From Podospora anserina (Eukaryota): DNA of 64,000 bases. The position numbers and the translations under genes are program-made. Shown piece by piece: positions 13,289 through 26,541 of the stretch. Position 1 is the stretch's first letter, and each line of letters opens with the position of its first letter. Location of the stretch: the NCBI GenBank assembly GCA_017654855.1, contig CM030337.1, forward strand, positions 186,001 through 250,000. The letters run 5' to 3'. The notes beneath the pieces were generated by a model. That model was not told the DNA's origin. It ran no database searches and saw only the letters and a list, made by a program, of their open reading frames with translations.

Positions 13289-14410
13289 CTATTCCCGATA
13301 CAAGCCCTCCTCTTCAATCCACCACTTTACTCCGTCACTAACCATCTTATCCAACCTCTCCCTGTTGCCCTCCCTGGCAGCATCCCGTGCATAGGTACTA
13401 CTGACCACCTCAGTCCCCGCCTCTCTTCCCTCGACCATCTCGATCCTCTCCGCCCATTCCTTGCTCCCGCCTATCTTGCCCAGTCCATGACCTCCCCCCT
13501 CTTCCCCGTCATCACCCTGTACCAGGTCTTGCAGATACTTCAGCTGCTCGTCCCTCCCACCCCACTCATCATCTGTCCGCATCGTCACCCTCAGCCTCGC
13601 CCTTTGAAACAATGGCCCAAGAGCCTTTTGCATAGGCGTCCTGGGCTTCTCTTGCTTGTTCTCCGCTGCTGTCGGCACACTCGTGTCCAGCGGCGTACCA
13701 GGCGGAGGGGCCGCCACCGGGCCGTAATATTTTGGATTGAACACCCGTATCAACGTGTCATAGCCCACCAACATGACCTGCCCCATCTTGACCTCTGGTG
13801 CACCCCGTTGGTAAAACCCGACCTGGTCAATCGCCTCGCTCTTCTCGTGGAAGAATGGCAAGGTTGATAGCCCAATGTCGACATCGATTGCTGTGTTGGC
13901 TTGCTGCTGTAGCCAGGCCTGGACATCTTGTGCAAAAGCCCACATCAATCCAAGGCGTTGATGAAAAGGGGCAGGTTTGGGCGCTTTGTCAGCGTTGTTG
14001 ATTGAGAGCAACAATAGCAGCCTAGTTGTCTGGGCTCTGCCGCCTACATCCACGGCATTTTCCACGTTGTGGTTCGTGGTTGTTGGTGGCCGGCCCTCAG
14101 AGAGAATAGCGGATGTGGCCATCCGCAGGTGAGCCCGTGTTGGGGGGTTGAAGGACGAATCGAGGATAATCAGGGTGCGTGGTCTAGCCCGAGGGGGGAG
14201 GGGGCTTGGGATTGCAGGTTGGTCATCCTTCTGGCTTGTACCGACAGGTTGCCGTGATACTGTGCAGATAACTTCGAGCTTCGAGGAGGTGGCTTTGAAC
14301 GAGGTGAGTGCTTGGGAGAAGAAAGCTGTCAGGACGCGGGCCGAAGCCGATACTCGCGGACGCATGGGTTGGTAACCAGCCTCTAGGGGCTCGCCAGGTG
14401 AAGAGGACAT
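13289..14410 (-). CDS. Nicotinamide-nucleotide adenylyltransferase / cytidylyltransferase-family protein (POF1-like)
   Basis: LDSSFNPPTRAH (HxGH-type), LLLSINNADK, PFFHEK, GYDTLIRVFNPKYY, VSSTYAR..LV..GV..WI..GLY; single exon. Confidence 0.85.
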   Translation of the reverse strand: MSSSPGEPLEAGYQPMRPRVSASARVLTAFFSQALTSFKATSSKLEVICTVSRQPVGTSQKDDQPAIPSPLPPRARPRTLIILDSSFNPPTRAHLRMATSAILSEGRPPTTTNHNVENAVDVGGRAQTTRLLLLLSINNADKAPKPAPFHQRLGLMWAFAQDVQAWLQQQANTAIDVDIGLSTLPFFHEKSEAIDQVGFYQRGAPEVKMGQVMLVGYDTLIRVFNPKYYGPVAAPPPGTPLDTSVPTAAENKQEKPRTPMQKALGPLFQRARLRVTMRTDDEWGGRDEQLKYLQDLVQGDDGEEGGGHGLGKIGGSKEWAERIEMVEGREAGTEVVSSTYARDAAREGNRERLDKMVSDGVKWWIEEEGLYRE

Positions 14411-14790
14411 AGCCTGGCACGCTCTGCCTTAAGTAACGGCTCTCTGATGCTCACAGAGCTCTCATGCGGTTGCTATCGAGGTACGGATGATGACACAGCC
14501 AATGCAAGTGTGACTTCCTGCTTGTGCAGCGGGGGTGGGGTAGTGGGGGGGAACGGGGTTTATGGGCCGCTTGCTTTTTCTTATGTGCGAGAAACCCAGA
14601 TCGTGAGAACCTCAACCCCAGATATCTGTTGTCGTTTCCTCCAAGTCCGCCTCTTCTTGTGCTTGTGATGTTTTCGGCGTTTGCTTGCTGATTACTAGGC
14701 CACGATGAGCAGGGTCACAATGCAAGGCTGGACAGCGTCTCAAGCACAAGTAGGGAAAGACTGAACAGTCTTTCCCTAATCACCATCAGC

Positions 14791-15111
14791 ATGCCCCCCC
14801 AGGTTTGGCTTGTTACAGGCAGCACTGCTGGCATCAGTTGAGCTTTTGTGCAAGAGATCGCCGCGAGAGAAGACAAAGTCATCGCCACGGGCCATAACAC
14901 CATCTCACGCATTGGGCATCGCCAGTCTGAGAATGTCGCGCTGTTGGACCTCGACGCGACCGCCTCCTTGTCCGAGACCCAATTCGACACCTCCCAGGCT
15001 GTGTCCATTTATGGCCACATTGATGTTCTTATCAGCGCGGTGGCTCAGGGACGCAGAAGTACAACCCCATGGCTGCTAAGAAACTGTTCCATTCTTAGGG
15101 ACCGGATGTAG
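14791..15111 (+). pseudogene. Short-chain dehydrogenase/reductase N-terminal fragment with a premature stop
   Basis: MPPQVWLVTGSTAGIS*AFVQEIAAREDKVIATG...LDLDAT...YGHIDVLI. The Rossmann TGxxxGIG motif is degraded, TGA at 14839-14841, and no catalytic YxxxK half is visible. Confidence 0.7.
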
Positions 15112-15559
15112 AATAGGCCTCGAAAGATGGATCAGAAGTCATTCAGGCTTTGCAGGCCGTCGTTGATGCATGGTCGTCCAAAAGTCCAGTGAAATGCGTG
15201 GCGGTCCTCCTGCTGTTTATTTCACATCGGTGCAAACGGAAGCGGAGACAGGTAAATGCAGAGTCCTTTCTATACCTATCAAGAGTGACTTCAAGAATAT
15301 ATACCATTTCCAGTTATTGGCTATTAGTACCGCCGACAGGGCCATCGCGTTCATCCATCACCACAAGGAAAACCTGACATGCCACACGTCAGCCGGGTAC
15401 CTTATCTAGCATCCATGCTTGCACAACCCAATGACCCTGAATTTTGTCGACCACCAAACGCCATATACATGCAAAAATCCTCCAGCCGCCAATACTCATA
15501 CAACGTACCTCCTTAAATGCAATAGAGGCAGCAGGTGGTGTTGGTAACAAACAAATCCT

Positions 15560-16890
15560 TCAGCGAATCTCAGGCTCCCGCATAAAGTCGGGGAAGTTTG
15601 AGAAGCTCCCATCCCCAGAAGGCGGATGTTGGTCAAAAGAATCAAGAAGCTCCTGGAGAGTCTTTTCCTCGTCCACGGTCAAGCTTTGCAGTGTGGCTCG
15701 GTTGGAAGGGTGTGAGGCAAGGTTGATGGTGGGTTCCCGGGGCACGTCTTCTAGCGCCGCTCCCCCCACCAAGTTCTCATCCAGGCCGTAAATCTTGATG
15801 CCACGGATGTGAGTGTCTTTGCCATTTTGGTGGTTTTCTTTGACGTGCATCTGCACCACCCAGCAACACAACGAGTGTCCATCATAGCCGCCGCCAGCAT
15901 CGCTGATGGGAACGTCTTGCCAACCCACGGGGTTCACCAGAGGCATCTCGGCAAACTGAATCAGATCATGAGGGCTTGTCCCGGCATAGAAGACAATATT
16001 GGTAGGCGTATAAGACTCGTCTTGGCTATAATCCACGTAGAACCGGATGGCACGGATCTCAACACGGCGCACAAAATGCATCGTGAGAAGGTGAGGCTGT
16101 TGGCCGTCCGATCTACAAGACCAGTCAGCAACCGCCGGCGACACAGAGTCTTCGATGAAGGGCGTTTCACTTACTGCCAGTACTTGTCTGTATCGTCGCT
16201 CAAGAGCTCGGTAACTCCATTTCCGGGCTTGTGGCTGCTGACTCCAAAATGCGCAAGGTTGTTGATCTCCTTCAATCCGAGAGCAGTGGGGTCAAATGGG
16301 GGTTCCTGAGGCTGGTCGGAACCGTCCTGCTCCTGCCCGTCGTCAAAGTCGTCTTCATCCATGTATTCCTCGCTGTAGTAGGTGTCGTCATCGCGAGGCT
16401 CTCTATAGCCATAGGCGTCGGGGTCGTCGTCCTCCGGCGCCGGCTCATCTTGGTCCAAATCTCCCTCTGGCCCATCCTCTAGCTCCTCTTCAAACTGGCC
16501 CCGAGCCTCTTGAACTGCCACCTCGTGGTCTTGAGTTCGGTAGTGCTCCATACCGACCTCCTCAGCTTCCGCAAGTGGCTCCTGGCGAGACGGGGTGACA
16601 GGAGACAGAAACTGGGGCTGTTGGTGCGTGTAACCTGGGGCCTGGGTAACTTCGGCCGAGGCTGCGGGTGAGCTGCCCTGATAGTTAGTCAATACCACCA
16701 CCTCATTCATGTCGTAAATTCCACGTTGCACTCCGGTCAAAACAGCAAGCTTGTTCTCTTGCTCTAGGACGATGGGGCGGCGCTTGATGGGACCGTGACG
16801 AGAGAGACAGAGGTCGTGGTTTGAGTCCAGCTCTCCCAGCACACGTCGCTTCTGCTGAACTACAACCCGACGAGGTCGATTTTGAATCAT
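15560..16890 (-). CDS. apc10: Anaphase-promoting complex subunit APC10/DOC1; intron 16174-16113; start codon and a possible upstream intron uncertain
   Basis: VSSHKPGNGV..L..D..KYWQ|SDGQQPH, DESYTP, ENHQNGKDTHIRGIKIY, and a C-terminal IR tail (EPEIR). Confidence 0.88.
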
Positions 16891-17860
16891 GGCGACGGCC
16901 TGATGGGGGTTGTATGACTCTCGTCGCCAGGAAGCTGGAGGGAAAGGAGGTTTGAGGAGGCGTGGATTGGATGAAAGACGGTGGGTGATGAACGAGAGAA
17001 ATAAAAAGATGGCAGAAGAGAAGAGGCCCTTCGCTGCGGATTTGGGCACCAAGAAAAAACAGCAGTGGAGGATGAAAAGAAGAAAAGAAGGGAAGGAGGG
17101 GCAAGAAGCGAGGGGCGAGGGGACGCAGTGAGCAAAAGATCCAGGAAAGGAAGTGGGAAGGTGATGGCGGAGGGCATGTTGGAGGAGAGCAGTGGATGAA
17201 AGCTGCGAGCGCCGCGACGGGGGCAAATTCTGAGTATAAAAAATTAGGGTAATCGTTGGGAAAGTCGGCGGTTGAGGTGCTTTTTCATAGGATGAGTTGA
17301 CTTACACTGGAAAATAGGGGGGCCCCTTTGATGTTATTCCGATGCGAAGACAGTTCTCGCGGCTCTACCAACGACGGGAACAGCTGTCAGAGAAGGTTGT
17401 TCGACCACGCGCTGAAATAGACGGGTATGACGGGTGTTAGAGTTCCGAGTTGGCGCATCTGCCATCATCCCTTTGAGAAACTCGGCTTCAACCAAGAGCA
17501 TACTATCATGGCTTGGAGAGAGTTGGTCTGCATCCCTGTCGATAATACAAACACACAGTTTGGAAAGATGGAGAGGTGCGTTGTACCTTTCAAGCCCCAC
17601 CTCATCAATAGTGGGGCAGCAGAACTCGTGACTGCGCGTGCGGTGGTCGTGTTTCCCGCTTTCCTTTACGCGACTCTTTAACCTCAAGCTCCACTGGACT
17701 TTGACACTGAACCCCAAAATCTTTACCGCGTTGACAACGACAGCAACGATAATAACAGGACCGCACTACTTTTCCAGTATCCTCTCCAATTCTCCCCGGT
17801 GTTTTCTATCCTGCAATTTCTAAAGCCCCCTTGTCTGGCTGGCAGTGACTGTTTCTCGAA

Positions 17861-20180
17861 ATGCCACAAGCTCCAGGTGGGTCACCATGGTCTCCTTCTG
17901 TTCCTGTCCCAAGGCCCAGTCGGTGCTAATAGTAGTCCACCGCACCTCCAACAGAAGAGGACACTATCCGCATACTGGTGTCGACCGACAATCATGTGGG
18001 CTATGCAGAGCGGGATCCAATCCGGAAAGATGATAGCTGGCGGACCTTCGATGAGATCATGCAGATAGCGAAAGGCCAGGACGTTGACATGGTTCTTCTT
18101 GGCGGCGACCTCTTCCATGACAACAAGCCATCTCGAAAGTCCATGTATCAAGTCATACAATCTCTGCGGAAAAACTGTCTGGGCATGAAGCCCTGTGAGC
18201 TGGAGTTTCTGAGTGATCCGCAAGAGGTTTTCGGTGCATCAACCGACTGCGTCAACTACCAGGACCCCGACATCAACATCTCCATTCCAGTCTTCTCTAT
18301 CCATGGAAATCATGACGACCCCAGTGGCGATGGTCACTACTGTTCGCTCGATCTTCTACAGGCTGCCGGGCTCGTCAACTACTTTGGCCGTGTGCCCGAG
18401 GCGGACAACATCCACGTCAAGCCGGTTCTCCTGCGAAAGGGAGAGACTAAACTGGCCCTCTATGGGCTAAGCAATGTTCGTGATGAGCGGATGCACAGGA
18501 CATTCCGAGACAACAAGGTTCACTTTTATCGGCCAGGCCAGCAGAGGAACGACTTCTTCAACCTATTGACCCTTCATCAAAACCACTACGCCCACACACC
18601 AACCAGCTACGTATCAGAGAACATGCTACCCGAGTTTATGGACCTTGTCATCTGGGGCCACGAACACGAATGCTTGGTGGATCCCATAAAGAACGATATC
18701 ACCAATTTCCATGTCATCCAACCCGGTTCCTCCATAGCCACCTCTCTTGTGGAGGGCGAGGCGGTAACAAAGAAGGTTGCAATTCTCAACATAACCGGCA
18801 GACGTTTCACGGTAGACAAAATTCCCCTGAAAACGGTCCGGCCATTCGTCACCAGGGAGGTTGTGCTGGCGGAAGACAAACGATTCAAGGGGCTCGAGAA
18901 GAAACAGGACAACCGCCAAGAAGTCACCAAACGCCTGATGACAATTGTTGAAGAGATGATTGAGCAAGCTAATGCCCTGTGGGAGTCCACCCACGGCGGT
19001 GATGCTGCCGAGGATGAGGAGACGCCTCTTCCCCTGATACGACTCAAAGTGGAATATACCGCTCCGGAAGGCTCCAAGTTTGACGTGGAAAACCCCCAGC
19101 GCTTCTCCAACAGGTTTGCCAGCAGGGTGGCCAATCAGAACGACGTCGTGTACTTTTACCGAAAGAAGACAGCAGTCACAAGTGAGTGGAGGACACAAGA
19201 AGAGCGGCCGTGCAAGAAGCTAACCAAGCGCAGGGAAAATTCCCAACGACTCAAAGGAGCTGCGAGAAGGCGTTGCAGAAGCCCTGGAATCGGTCGATAC
19301 CATCAAGGTCGACACTCTTGTGCAGGAATACTTTGCCCAGCAGTCTTTGAAGATTCTGCCACAAGCTCCTTTTGGAGATGCTGTCAACCAGTTCGTCAAC
19401 AAAGATGACAAGCATGCTGTGGAGATGTTTCTGCTCGAGTCACTCTCCACGCAGGTCAAGGGGCTGCTGCAGCTCGATGACGAAAAGGTGACGGACGACT
19501 TGGAGGCACAAATCGAGGAATACAGGAAAGTCATGGAGAAAGATTTTGTCATCGGCCAGCACAAACAAGCACAACGCAAGAGGAGGTTCAAGCCCAAGCC
19601 CAATGGCTGGGATTCCGATGTGGATGGCCACTGGCATGCCCAGCCGGAAGCGCTTGAAGAGCTGGTGGCATCTCCACCACAGGCAACTTCCAAGAGCCGA
19701 GGCGGTGCTCGCCCAACCTCTGGCGTTGTCTTCAGTGGTGAGAACGAGGACATGTTGGAGGAGGAACCGGTCGCGGCGGAGCCAAAGCGAGCAGCGAGAG
19801 GAGCCCGAAAGACTGCTGCCACACCAGCCAAGAAAGCAGCAGTGGCCAAGAAGGCGGCAGCGCCTGCGAAGAAAGCCACGACGAGGACTGCCAAAGCAGC
19901 TGCACGAGGTCGAAAAAGGGGCAACCCCTTCGAGGACAGCGACGAAGAAGAAGACGTGATCATGGAGGACGATGATTTTGAGCCACCTCCACCCTCGACA
20001 CATGCTACACGGGGCGCTACCAAAAGCACTCGGCAAACCACACTCAACTTTGCCTCGCAGTCCCAAAAACCGGCCAGGGTGACGCAAAAGGCGATCGAGA
20101 TCAGTGACGATGAGATTTCAGAGGATGATGATGCCTTTGAGACCATGCCCGCCACGAGCAAGAGGGGCAAGCGTCGCTGA
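17861..20180 (+). CDS. mre11: Double-strand break repair nuclease MRE11; exons 17861-17876, 17955-19181, 19234-20180
   Basis: [69 protein letters not shown]; canonical introns. Confidence 0.96.
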
Positions 20181-20444
20181 TGGCTGGTGCAAGTAGGGCA
20201 GGATGTGCCGAATTTTGTATGAATAAATGACCAAGTGTAAAGAAAAGGCAGAAAAGGGCAAATGCATTAAATAGTCTGGGCAGCTATCTGAGTAGCCAAC
20301 ATGATCCATATCATCTCTCCTGTCTCCTAGCGGGTGTAGTGTGCTGCTGGAGGGGAGCAAAGAGGCTGGCACGGTGCGGGTGCACTGTGAGAGGTTGCCG
20401 CTGAACACTGTACTTTGCAACCACGCACCTTCTCAAGTCCCAAG

Positions 20445-20445
<1 letters not shown>

Positions 20446-20475
<30 letters not shown>

Positions 20476-20476
20476 C
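20446..20476. repeat. (CT)n microsatellite upstream of TAF10
   Basis: ctctttctctctctctctctctctctctctc. Confidence 0.9.
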
Positions 20477-20696
20477 CATCCCAACGACGATCGGGCTGTC
20501 CGGCATTTTCTTTCTTCCCATACGTAACGTACGGTACAATCGACATACACGGTAACCAAATCACTCCATCGCGCCTTTGCCCGGCGCGCGCGCTTTCACT
20601 GCGGGCTTCGAATCGGGAGATCCATTTAGACTTTCGACAATTCATTGCTGTCGCGGCGTCTGAACAACCCGCAATCATAACCTAGAGCAATTGAAG

Positions 20697-21398
20697 ATGG
20701 CGACCGGCACTCAACCAACCGAGAATCCCGACCAGAGTGCGTCCGCATCCACACAGCCCAACGGCACGCAACCACCACCTACGAATGCGACAGCGACTGG
20801 CGAGGCTGCCGTGGGAGCCGTGGAGGGAGGGCCCGTCGTCCCGCCCCTCCTCGAGGCGAAGACTCCATTGAGGAAAGATGCTTCGCTCAAGGAATTCTTG
20901 AACAAAATGGACGACTACGCTCCCATTGTACGTATACCACCCCCTTCGGAGTCCAATTCATTCCCTGTGTCTGACCTTGCTTCACCACAGATCCCCGATG
21001 CAGTGACCAACTACTACATGACCCGAGCCGGCCTCCCGCCTCCACCGCAGACCGACCAAAGGCTCGCCCGCCTCTTAGCGCTTGCCACGCAGAAATTCAT
21101 CGCCGACATTGCTGCCGATGCTTATCAATACAGCCGCATTCGCGCAAGCAACACCAGTGCCAACAACCCCATGGGCAACCTGGGCGCCGCGGCTGGTTTC
21201 CCCATCCCAGGACAGCCGGCAAATCAGCCTGGGGCCAAGGATCAGGGTAGGGGCGGGCCTTTGGGCATCCAGAGGCCAGGCTACGGTGGTGGTGGACAGG
21301 GTAGTCAGCAGAACAGGACGGTGCTCACCATGGAGGACTTGGGCATGGCCGTTGGCGAGTTCGGGGTGAATGTCAAGAGAAGCGAGTTTTACCGCTAG
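20697..21398 (+). CDS. taf10: TFIID/SAGA subunit TAF10; in-frame 63-nt intron 20928-20990
   Basis: [60 protein letters not shown]. Confidence 0.95.
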   Translation: MATGTQPTENPDQSASASTQPNGTQPPPTNATATGEAAVGAVEGGPVVPPLLEAKTPLRKDASLKEFLNKMDDYAPIVRIPPPSESNSFPVSDLASPQIPDAVTNYYMTRAGLPPPPQTDQRLARLLALATQKFIADIAADAYQYSRIRASNTSANNPMGNLGAAAGFPIPGQPANQPGAKDQGRGGPLGIQRPGYGGGGQGSQQNRTVLTMEDLGMAVGEFGVNVKRSEFYR

Positions 21399-21832
21399 AC
21401 TCTGGGGTGTGTAGTCATGAAATGGGCAAGCGGCACATCGATTGGCATGGGCATACGGAGTAAATTTTACCGAGTCAATAAGCGGGTCACACAACACAGG
21501 CGTTTGGAAACAAGCATGGAGGGCCAGGCGTTTTTTTTTTCGGTAGGGAGTCCTGTATCTACCATGGGAAAGGACCACGGGATCGGCCATCTTATTTCTT
21601 GGTAGTTGATTGCTTACAAGCGAAAGGTTTATTATTTGGTTCTGCGGTTCTCTTGACCATTCTTCTTCCTCATATACTTGGCCAGGCCGAAGTTAATCCT
21701 TGGTGATGATGCCAGCGGGACGTTGGCTCGCCAGTTCTTCTGCTTGGCCCGCGACATAAACGGTGTCGCTCCGTGCTATTGATACAGCAGTTGTACAGGG
21801 TATCATCACGTCCCAAACGGGAGCGCAGTCTT

Positions 21833-22333
21833 CTATTTCTTCTTGCCCCAGATGAATGGTTTTCGGGTCCTATGGTCCAATACATAGTCAGCTCCCACAT
21901 TCCCGTGCCCATGCTTTCTTGACGGAATGTTGTGTACGTTGAAAACTCGCCGAGCTTATGTCCCACCATCTCCTCGGTAATGGTCACGTCATGGTAGACC
22001 TTGCCGTTGTGCACCTGGAACTTGAGCCCCACGAAGTTGGGGAGAATGGTGGCCGACCGGGCCTGGGTCCGGATCGGGGCAATCTTTTGTCCTGGCTCGG
22101 GCCGTACAATAGGGAGTCTTGAGCTTGTCAGTTGTCGGTCAGGAGAAGCAGCCCTCTCGTGAGCGACTAGGCCGGGGGAGGAGGGCCGCGGGAGGACGGG
22201 GGTTTGATGGCCTTACGGGACAATGTGCGGGCCTAGACCAGTCAGTAAGCCAAGTCAGTCCATCGTCAAGAACAAAGTGCTGCAACTGACCTTTCCAGAC
22301 CGAGCGCTTGAGCAGGCACCTCGTGGGCTGCAT
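21833..22333 (-). CDS. rsm19: Mitochondrial small-subunit ribosomal protein uS19m; exons 22333-22291, 22232-22217, 22117-21938, 21869-21833
   Basis: RSVWKGPHIVPLP...[48 protein letters not shown] after splicing three canonical introns. Confidence 0.92.
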
Positions 22334-23658
22334 GTTGGGCAGGCAGTGGGAGTGTGTGGTGGGACAACAAGAAGCAAGCACTCCTGCGTGTTGGCTGTTT
22401 GGCTGTCCACCAAGGTGCTCGCCGTTGACAGAAATCCTGGCCGCGAAAAGTTAATGTGGGGCCTCAGTCTATCAGGTCACGTGCCATCCCTGAGCACAAC
22501 CACCTTTCGTCTCCTCTGCTCACGCTGACGTTCCTCGTCCCTGGCCATTCGATGCGATGGAATAATTAGCGCAGCCGGTGCACTGACAGCATGGTTCCTC
22601 TCCTCATCCCCACAAACTACGATCCATCATCTGTGCACTCTCTGGTGAGCGTCGGCAACAGTCACCACACCATCATAAAGGTACCCACAGACCTTGGTTA
22701 GGTAGGTAGTACTATCGTACTCATCCGTCCTTGGCAACCCAGGCTCATCTGTGGCTGCTATAATAAGGCTCTTTCGGCCACGTGATATTTTCACATCCAG
22801 CTATCAGTCAACTCAGCTCTCGAGTTTGCTGATCTCCCGAGAAGGAGTCGAGGTCTCCATTGCATGAACCTGCCAGGAAGACTCGGCCAAGAAACCAATG
22901 GTACGACGTGTATATACGCCCAAGTTGCAGCAATATGTGGTACACAGTGCGGCTGTCTGTCGTCATCAGTCATCATGGTTCCCACCTCTTCGCTCTGGCT
23001 TCTGACAACTCAAGGGCATCTCGCCAATTGAGGTAATAAACTCCATGTCACCTATCCCAGGAGGTAGCGAGCCCCTCACCTCCCAAGCAGAGCTGCAGTA
23101 GGGAACTCCTAGTCAAACATCTCAACCGTAACTGAGACGAAGCACGCCAGTCATCAGCTCCATGTCCGTGACCAAACTATCATGTCCACCGGCAGGGTTT
23201 CCGCGGGGCAGTTGGGGGACTGTTTCGACATGTCTCTTGGAGGCTCACCTCCGTACGCGACAACAAAGCAGGTCACTGGGCTTGCAGTACCCGCATGTCG
23301 TCCATGCCCAGGCTCGATAACCCCAGTTGGTCCCATATTGATAACATCTCCTGCCGAACAGTCTTCGAGAGTCCGCTGGCGATTTCCTTTGACAACAGTT
23401 CCCAGCTCGGCTCCTCCTAATTCCAACCCCGGCCTTATCACTTTCGGCGCAGCAGGGCTGCGATGGGCCTATGGTCCGACTCAGCGGGTTGTCCTTTAAT
23501 GAGTACAGTTGATCGTTACTTGAACGATATCTTTGGTCTTGTGCTCCCCTCGCCCGACTGCCAGCGCCGAGGCGATCATTGCGCATCTCTGTGCCAACAA
23601 AGCATGGGGCACCACAACGAGCAATCATCTACGGCTTTCTGTGTTCCCATGTCACAAG

Positions 23659-26541
23659 ATGCCTAGGCAACATCTCACCCCAAACGCTTGTTTGGTATGC
23701 CGAAAAAAGAGAACCAAGGTAACAGAGCATCTCCTTCCCCATTTTCGAGGTCCCAGTCATACCTCTCTCTGCCGACAATATCACTGACAAACTTCCATCA
23801 GTGTGATGGACAGATACCATGTCGCCGATGCAGGTCAAGGGGCGAGGAGTGCTCCTACGAGGATAAGAAATGGAGGACCAAAGACCACCTGCGATCCGAA
23901 ATTGAAAGGCTGAGGGCAGAGCAGCGGCAAGGCGAGGCAGTTATCCAAGCACTTGTTGACAACAAGCCGGACCAGTGGGAAGTAGTTCAGGACCGCATGC
24001 GCGCCGATGAATCCCCCGATGCCATTGCAGAATGGATTCGCTCACTGAGAGGTTTGCCGGATTCTTCACAGACCCACCGGGGTCTATTTGGGAGTACGCC
24101 TGCCAGTGGGCTAAACAACTTTATACCCACACCCTTCCAGTCACAATTCAACCCAACGATGCCCGGAATAGGGAATGTGCCTACCGGCGGCTTCCCAGAA
24201 GCAGGATCGGATGTCCTTGATGCATTCACTACGAATAATGGGCCAGGCAACGTCGGAAACGGCGGTACCAACATATGTCACGTCACCAGCGCCATGGAGG
24301 GAGCTTCTCGTCCAAGTTTTTACGCTGACTTGGTCGCTCCTGGAGATCGTATATCATTGCAAAAACACGGGACCTTTGTTTGCCCGTCCCTGTCGCCCAC
24401 AGACAACTCCTCCCATACCATGAACCACCCACTGGACATGGCTGGACCCGCGGCTTGTCGTCTTGTTCCGAATCTAACCCCCTATGGGCCTCCTGTTCGG
24501 ACCTGGACTACTGTTACATCCGACAAGCATCTTGTCCAGCGACTCCTTTCGAGATTCTTCTCGGGACTCTTTCCGTGCTTGTCATTGATATCTTACGCGC
24601 ACTTCATTCATGATTTTGAAGAGGGCACTGCGCGGTACTGCTCAGAAGCGCTTGTGAACGCCATCCTCGGCACAGCATGTAGGCTCTTCAACGCAACATC
24701 TCAGCTCATTTCGAGGATCAGCTTCGGCGACGCCTTTGTTGGTGAGGCCAAGAGGCTGCTAGCGGCTGAGGATAGCCACGTGAATCTCCCAAGCATACAG
24801 GCTCTCGCCATCCTTGCTCTGGGGGAGATGAGCCAAGGGAACGATGAAGAGGCCGAAACCCTCCTCCGGGAGTCGGTAAGGGCGTCAGTTCATCTTGTCT
24901 TGGAAGCTCGTGATCTGGACAGGAAGGAAGACGAGGATTTCAGAGTAGTGCGAGCACTGGCATACTGTGGTGTATTTTCTCTCATGAGGTCTGTTACCCT
25001 TTGGGTCGGCTGTCGCTTGGATCCCCTCTAACCTGAAGAAACTTAATATGCCAGGTTCCTTCGCCTCTTGACGGGAGATCTCGAGCCAAAAGTTGGGCCG
25101 TTGTTCATCCGACTTCAGCCTAACCCCGCGAGTCTTGACGAGGATACGCCCCAAACACGAGTGGAGCGAGGTTTGTTGTGCCCAATCCATTCTCCGCGGC
25201 TTCCAGGTTTTGCTGGCTAATGTGTTGCTGCTGTAGGCATCGCGCTCCAGACGCAGTTCTTTGCCGAGTTGCGGTTTTGTCCGCCATCATCGAGGTTTAT
25301 CTTTGAGGTCATGGAGACAGCACACACCTTTCTGTCTTATAATTACTCTCGAGCCATGACCGCCAGTGATCTCGAGAGTGCATACGACAGATGTGTGTGC
25401 TCATATCGCCAGTTTCTAGAATCGTTAGCGCCAGCCTCCAGTCCCTCACAGGACACACTGCTCGCACAGTATGCCCTTACTCTCCAACCCCGGGCTTTTG
25501 TTGCCGTCGTCGGCTTGTAGTATATACTAATCTCTGCTGGTCATGGCTTCCAGGATTTGGTACCATTTCTGCATGCTCAATTTGATGCGGCCCTTTGTCT
25601 CGAACTCGAATAACCTCGTGGATGGCACTACCCCGAAACTGTCTGGTGGTGCCAGGCCCAGTGTCATATGTCACCGAGCTTCAGAAGCCATCATTTCGCT
25701 CACTGGCACTTACCAAGCCCGGAACTTCATTGCATATCTGCCACCCTTGTTACCGTATATGGTCTTCACTGCCGTCCTCTTTGAACTCACGTTGACGGCC
25801 AGCCCGGTTTTGTGTCAGCAAGGCCTCACCGATTCTCCGTCAAGTTTGTCTCCGCTTACTGGATATCAGTCACCCATACAGGCCGCCTCCAAGCCAGGGA
25901 CCCGTTGGTCTCAACTGCCTCAGGCATCAGCTCCGCGTCCAGGATTTTGTTCGTCCGACTCTGAGCCTGTATCCCCAGCGTCTACCAGACAGGCCAACCA
26001 AACTACCCACCGCCGGGCGTCCGGTGTCTCGACTATCTCCACCGGATTTTCAAGTAGCGAGCAGAGCAGGCGGCCGAGTGGCTGTAGTTTTCTTTCTGGC
26101 ACGCCACGTGACCAGGACGAGATATCGACATCGGATACAGAGTCAGACCTATTCCCCGTGTTTTCGTCGCAACCTTCGGATCTTGTTACCGTCGGCTCAC
26201 TGCAGTTAGCATCCATGAGCGCCCGCCATCTTGGTGCCGCTGAGGCTTCCCGCCTACTCCGGGGATTGGGGAACATTCGAGACGTCGCCGAAGTCAGGCT
26301 CAACCTAGCTGCACTCACCGCTTCACTGCCATTTCCAGCTGTTGAATTCGGAACTTCTATCCTACTTACCGGCCTTGGACTTCAGAAGGTGCCGGTTGCC
26401 AGCGTGGTCCCGGGCGCTTCGACATTTTGTGGAGGGTTGAGTCCTATGTCGGTCCCAAAAGTCGAGTCTACTAAATCACCCACCGGTGACCTGTCTTCAG
26501 CCCAACTACCTACATCTCTGCAACAGGCACCTGGGCCATGA
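23659..26541 (+). CDS. Zn(II)2Cys6 transcription factor with fungal-specific TF domain (NirA-like architecture); exons 23659-23718, 23802-24988, 25055-25170, 25237-25468, 25554-26541
   Basis: [77 protein letters not shown]; all four introns GT..AG and frame-consistent. Confidence 0.88.

Noticed and set aside
13001-13867. 288-aa plus-strand ORF
   Set aside because: Largely antisense to the POF1-like gene; not protein-like.
16891-17226. Long hydrophobic N-terminal extension of the APC10 ORF
   Set aside because: Starts at a non-ATG codon and is a pyrimidine-rich, UTR-like tract translating to F/L/S/P.
19220-20170. 316-aa minus-strand ORF
   Set aside because: Antisense shadow of MRE11 exon 3.
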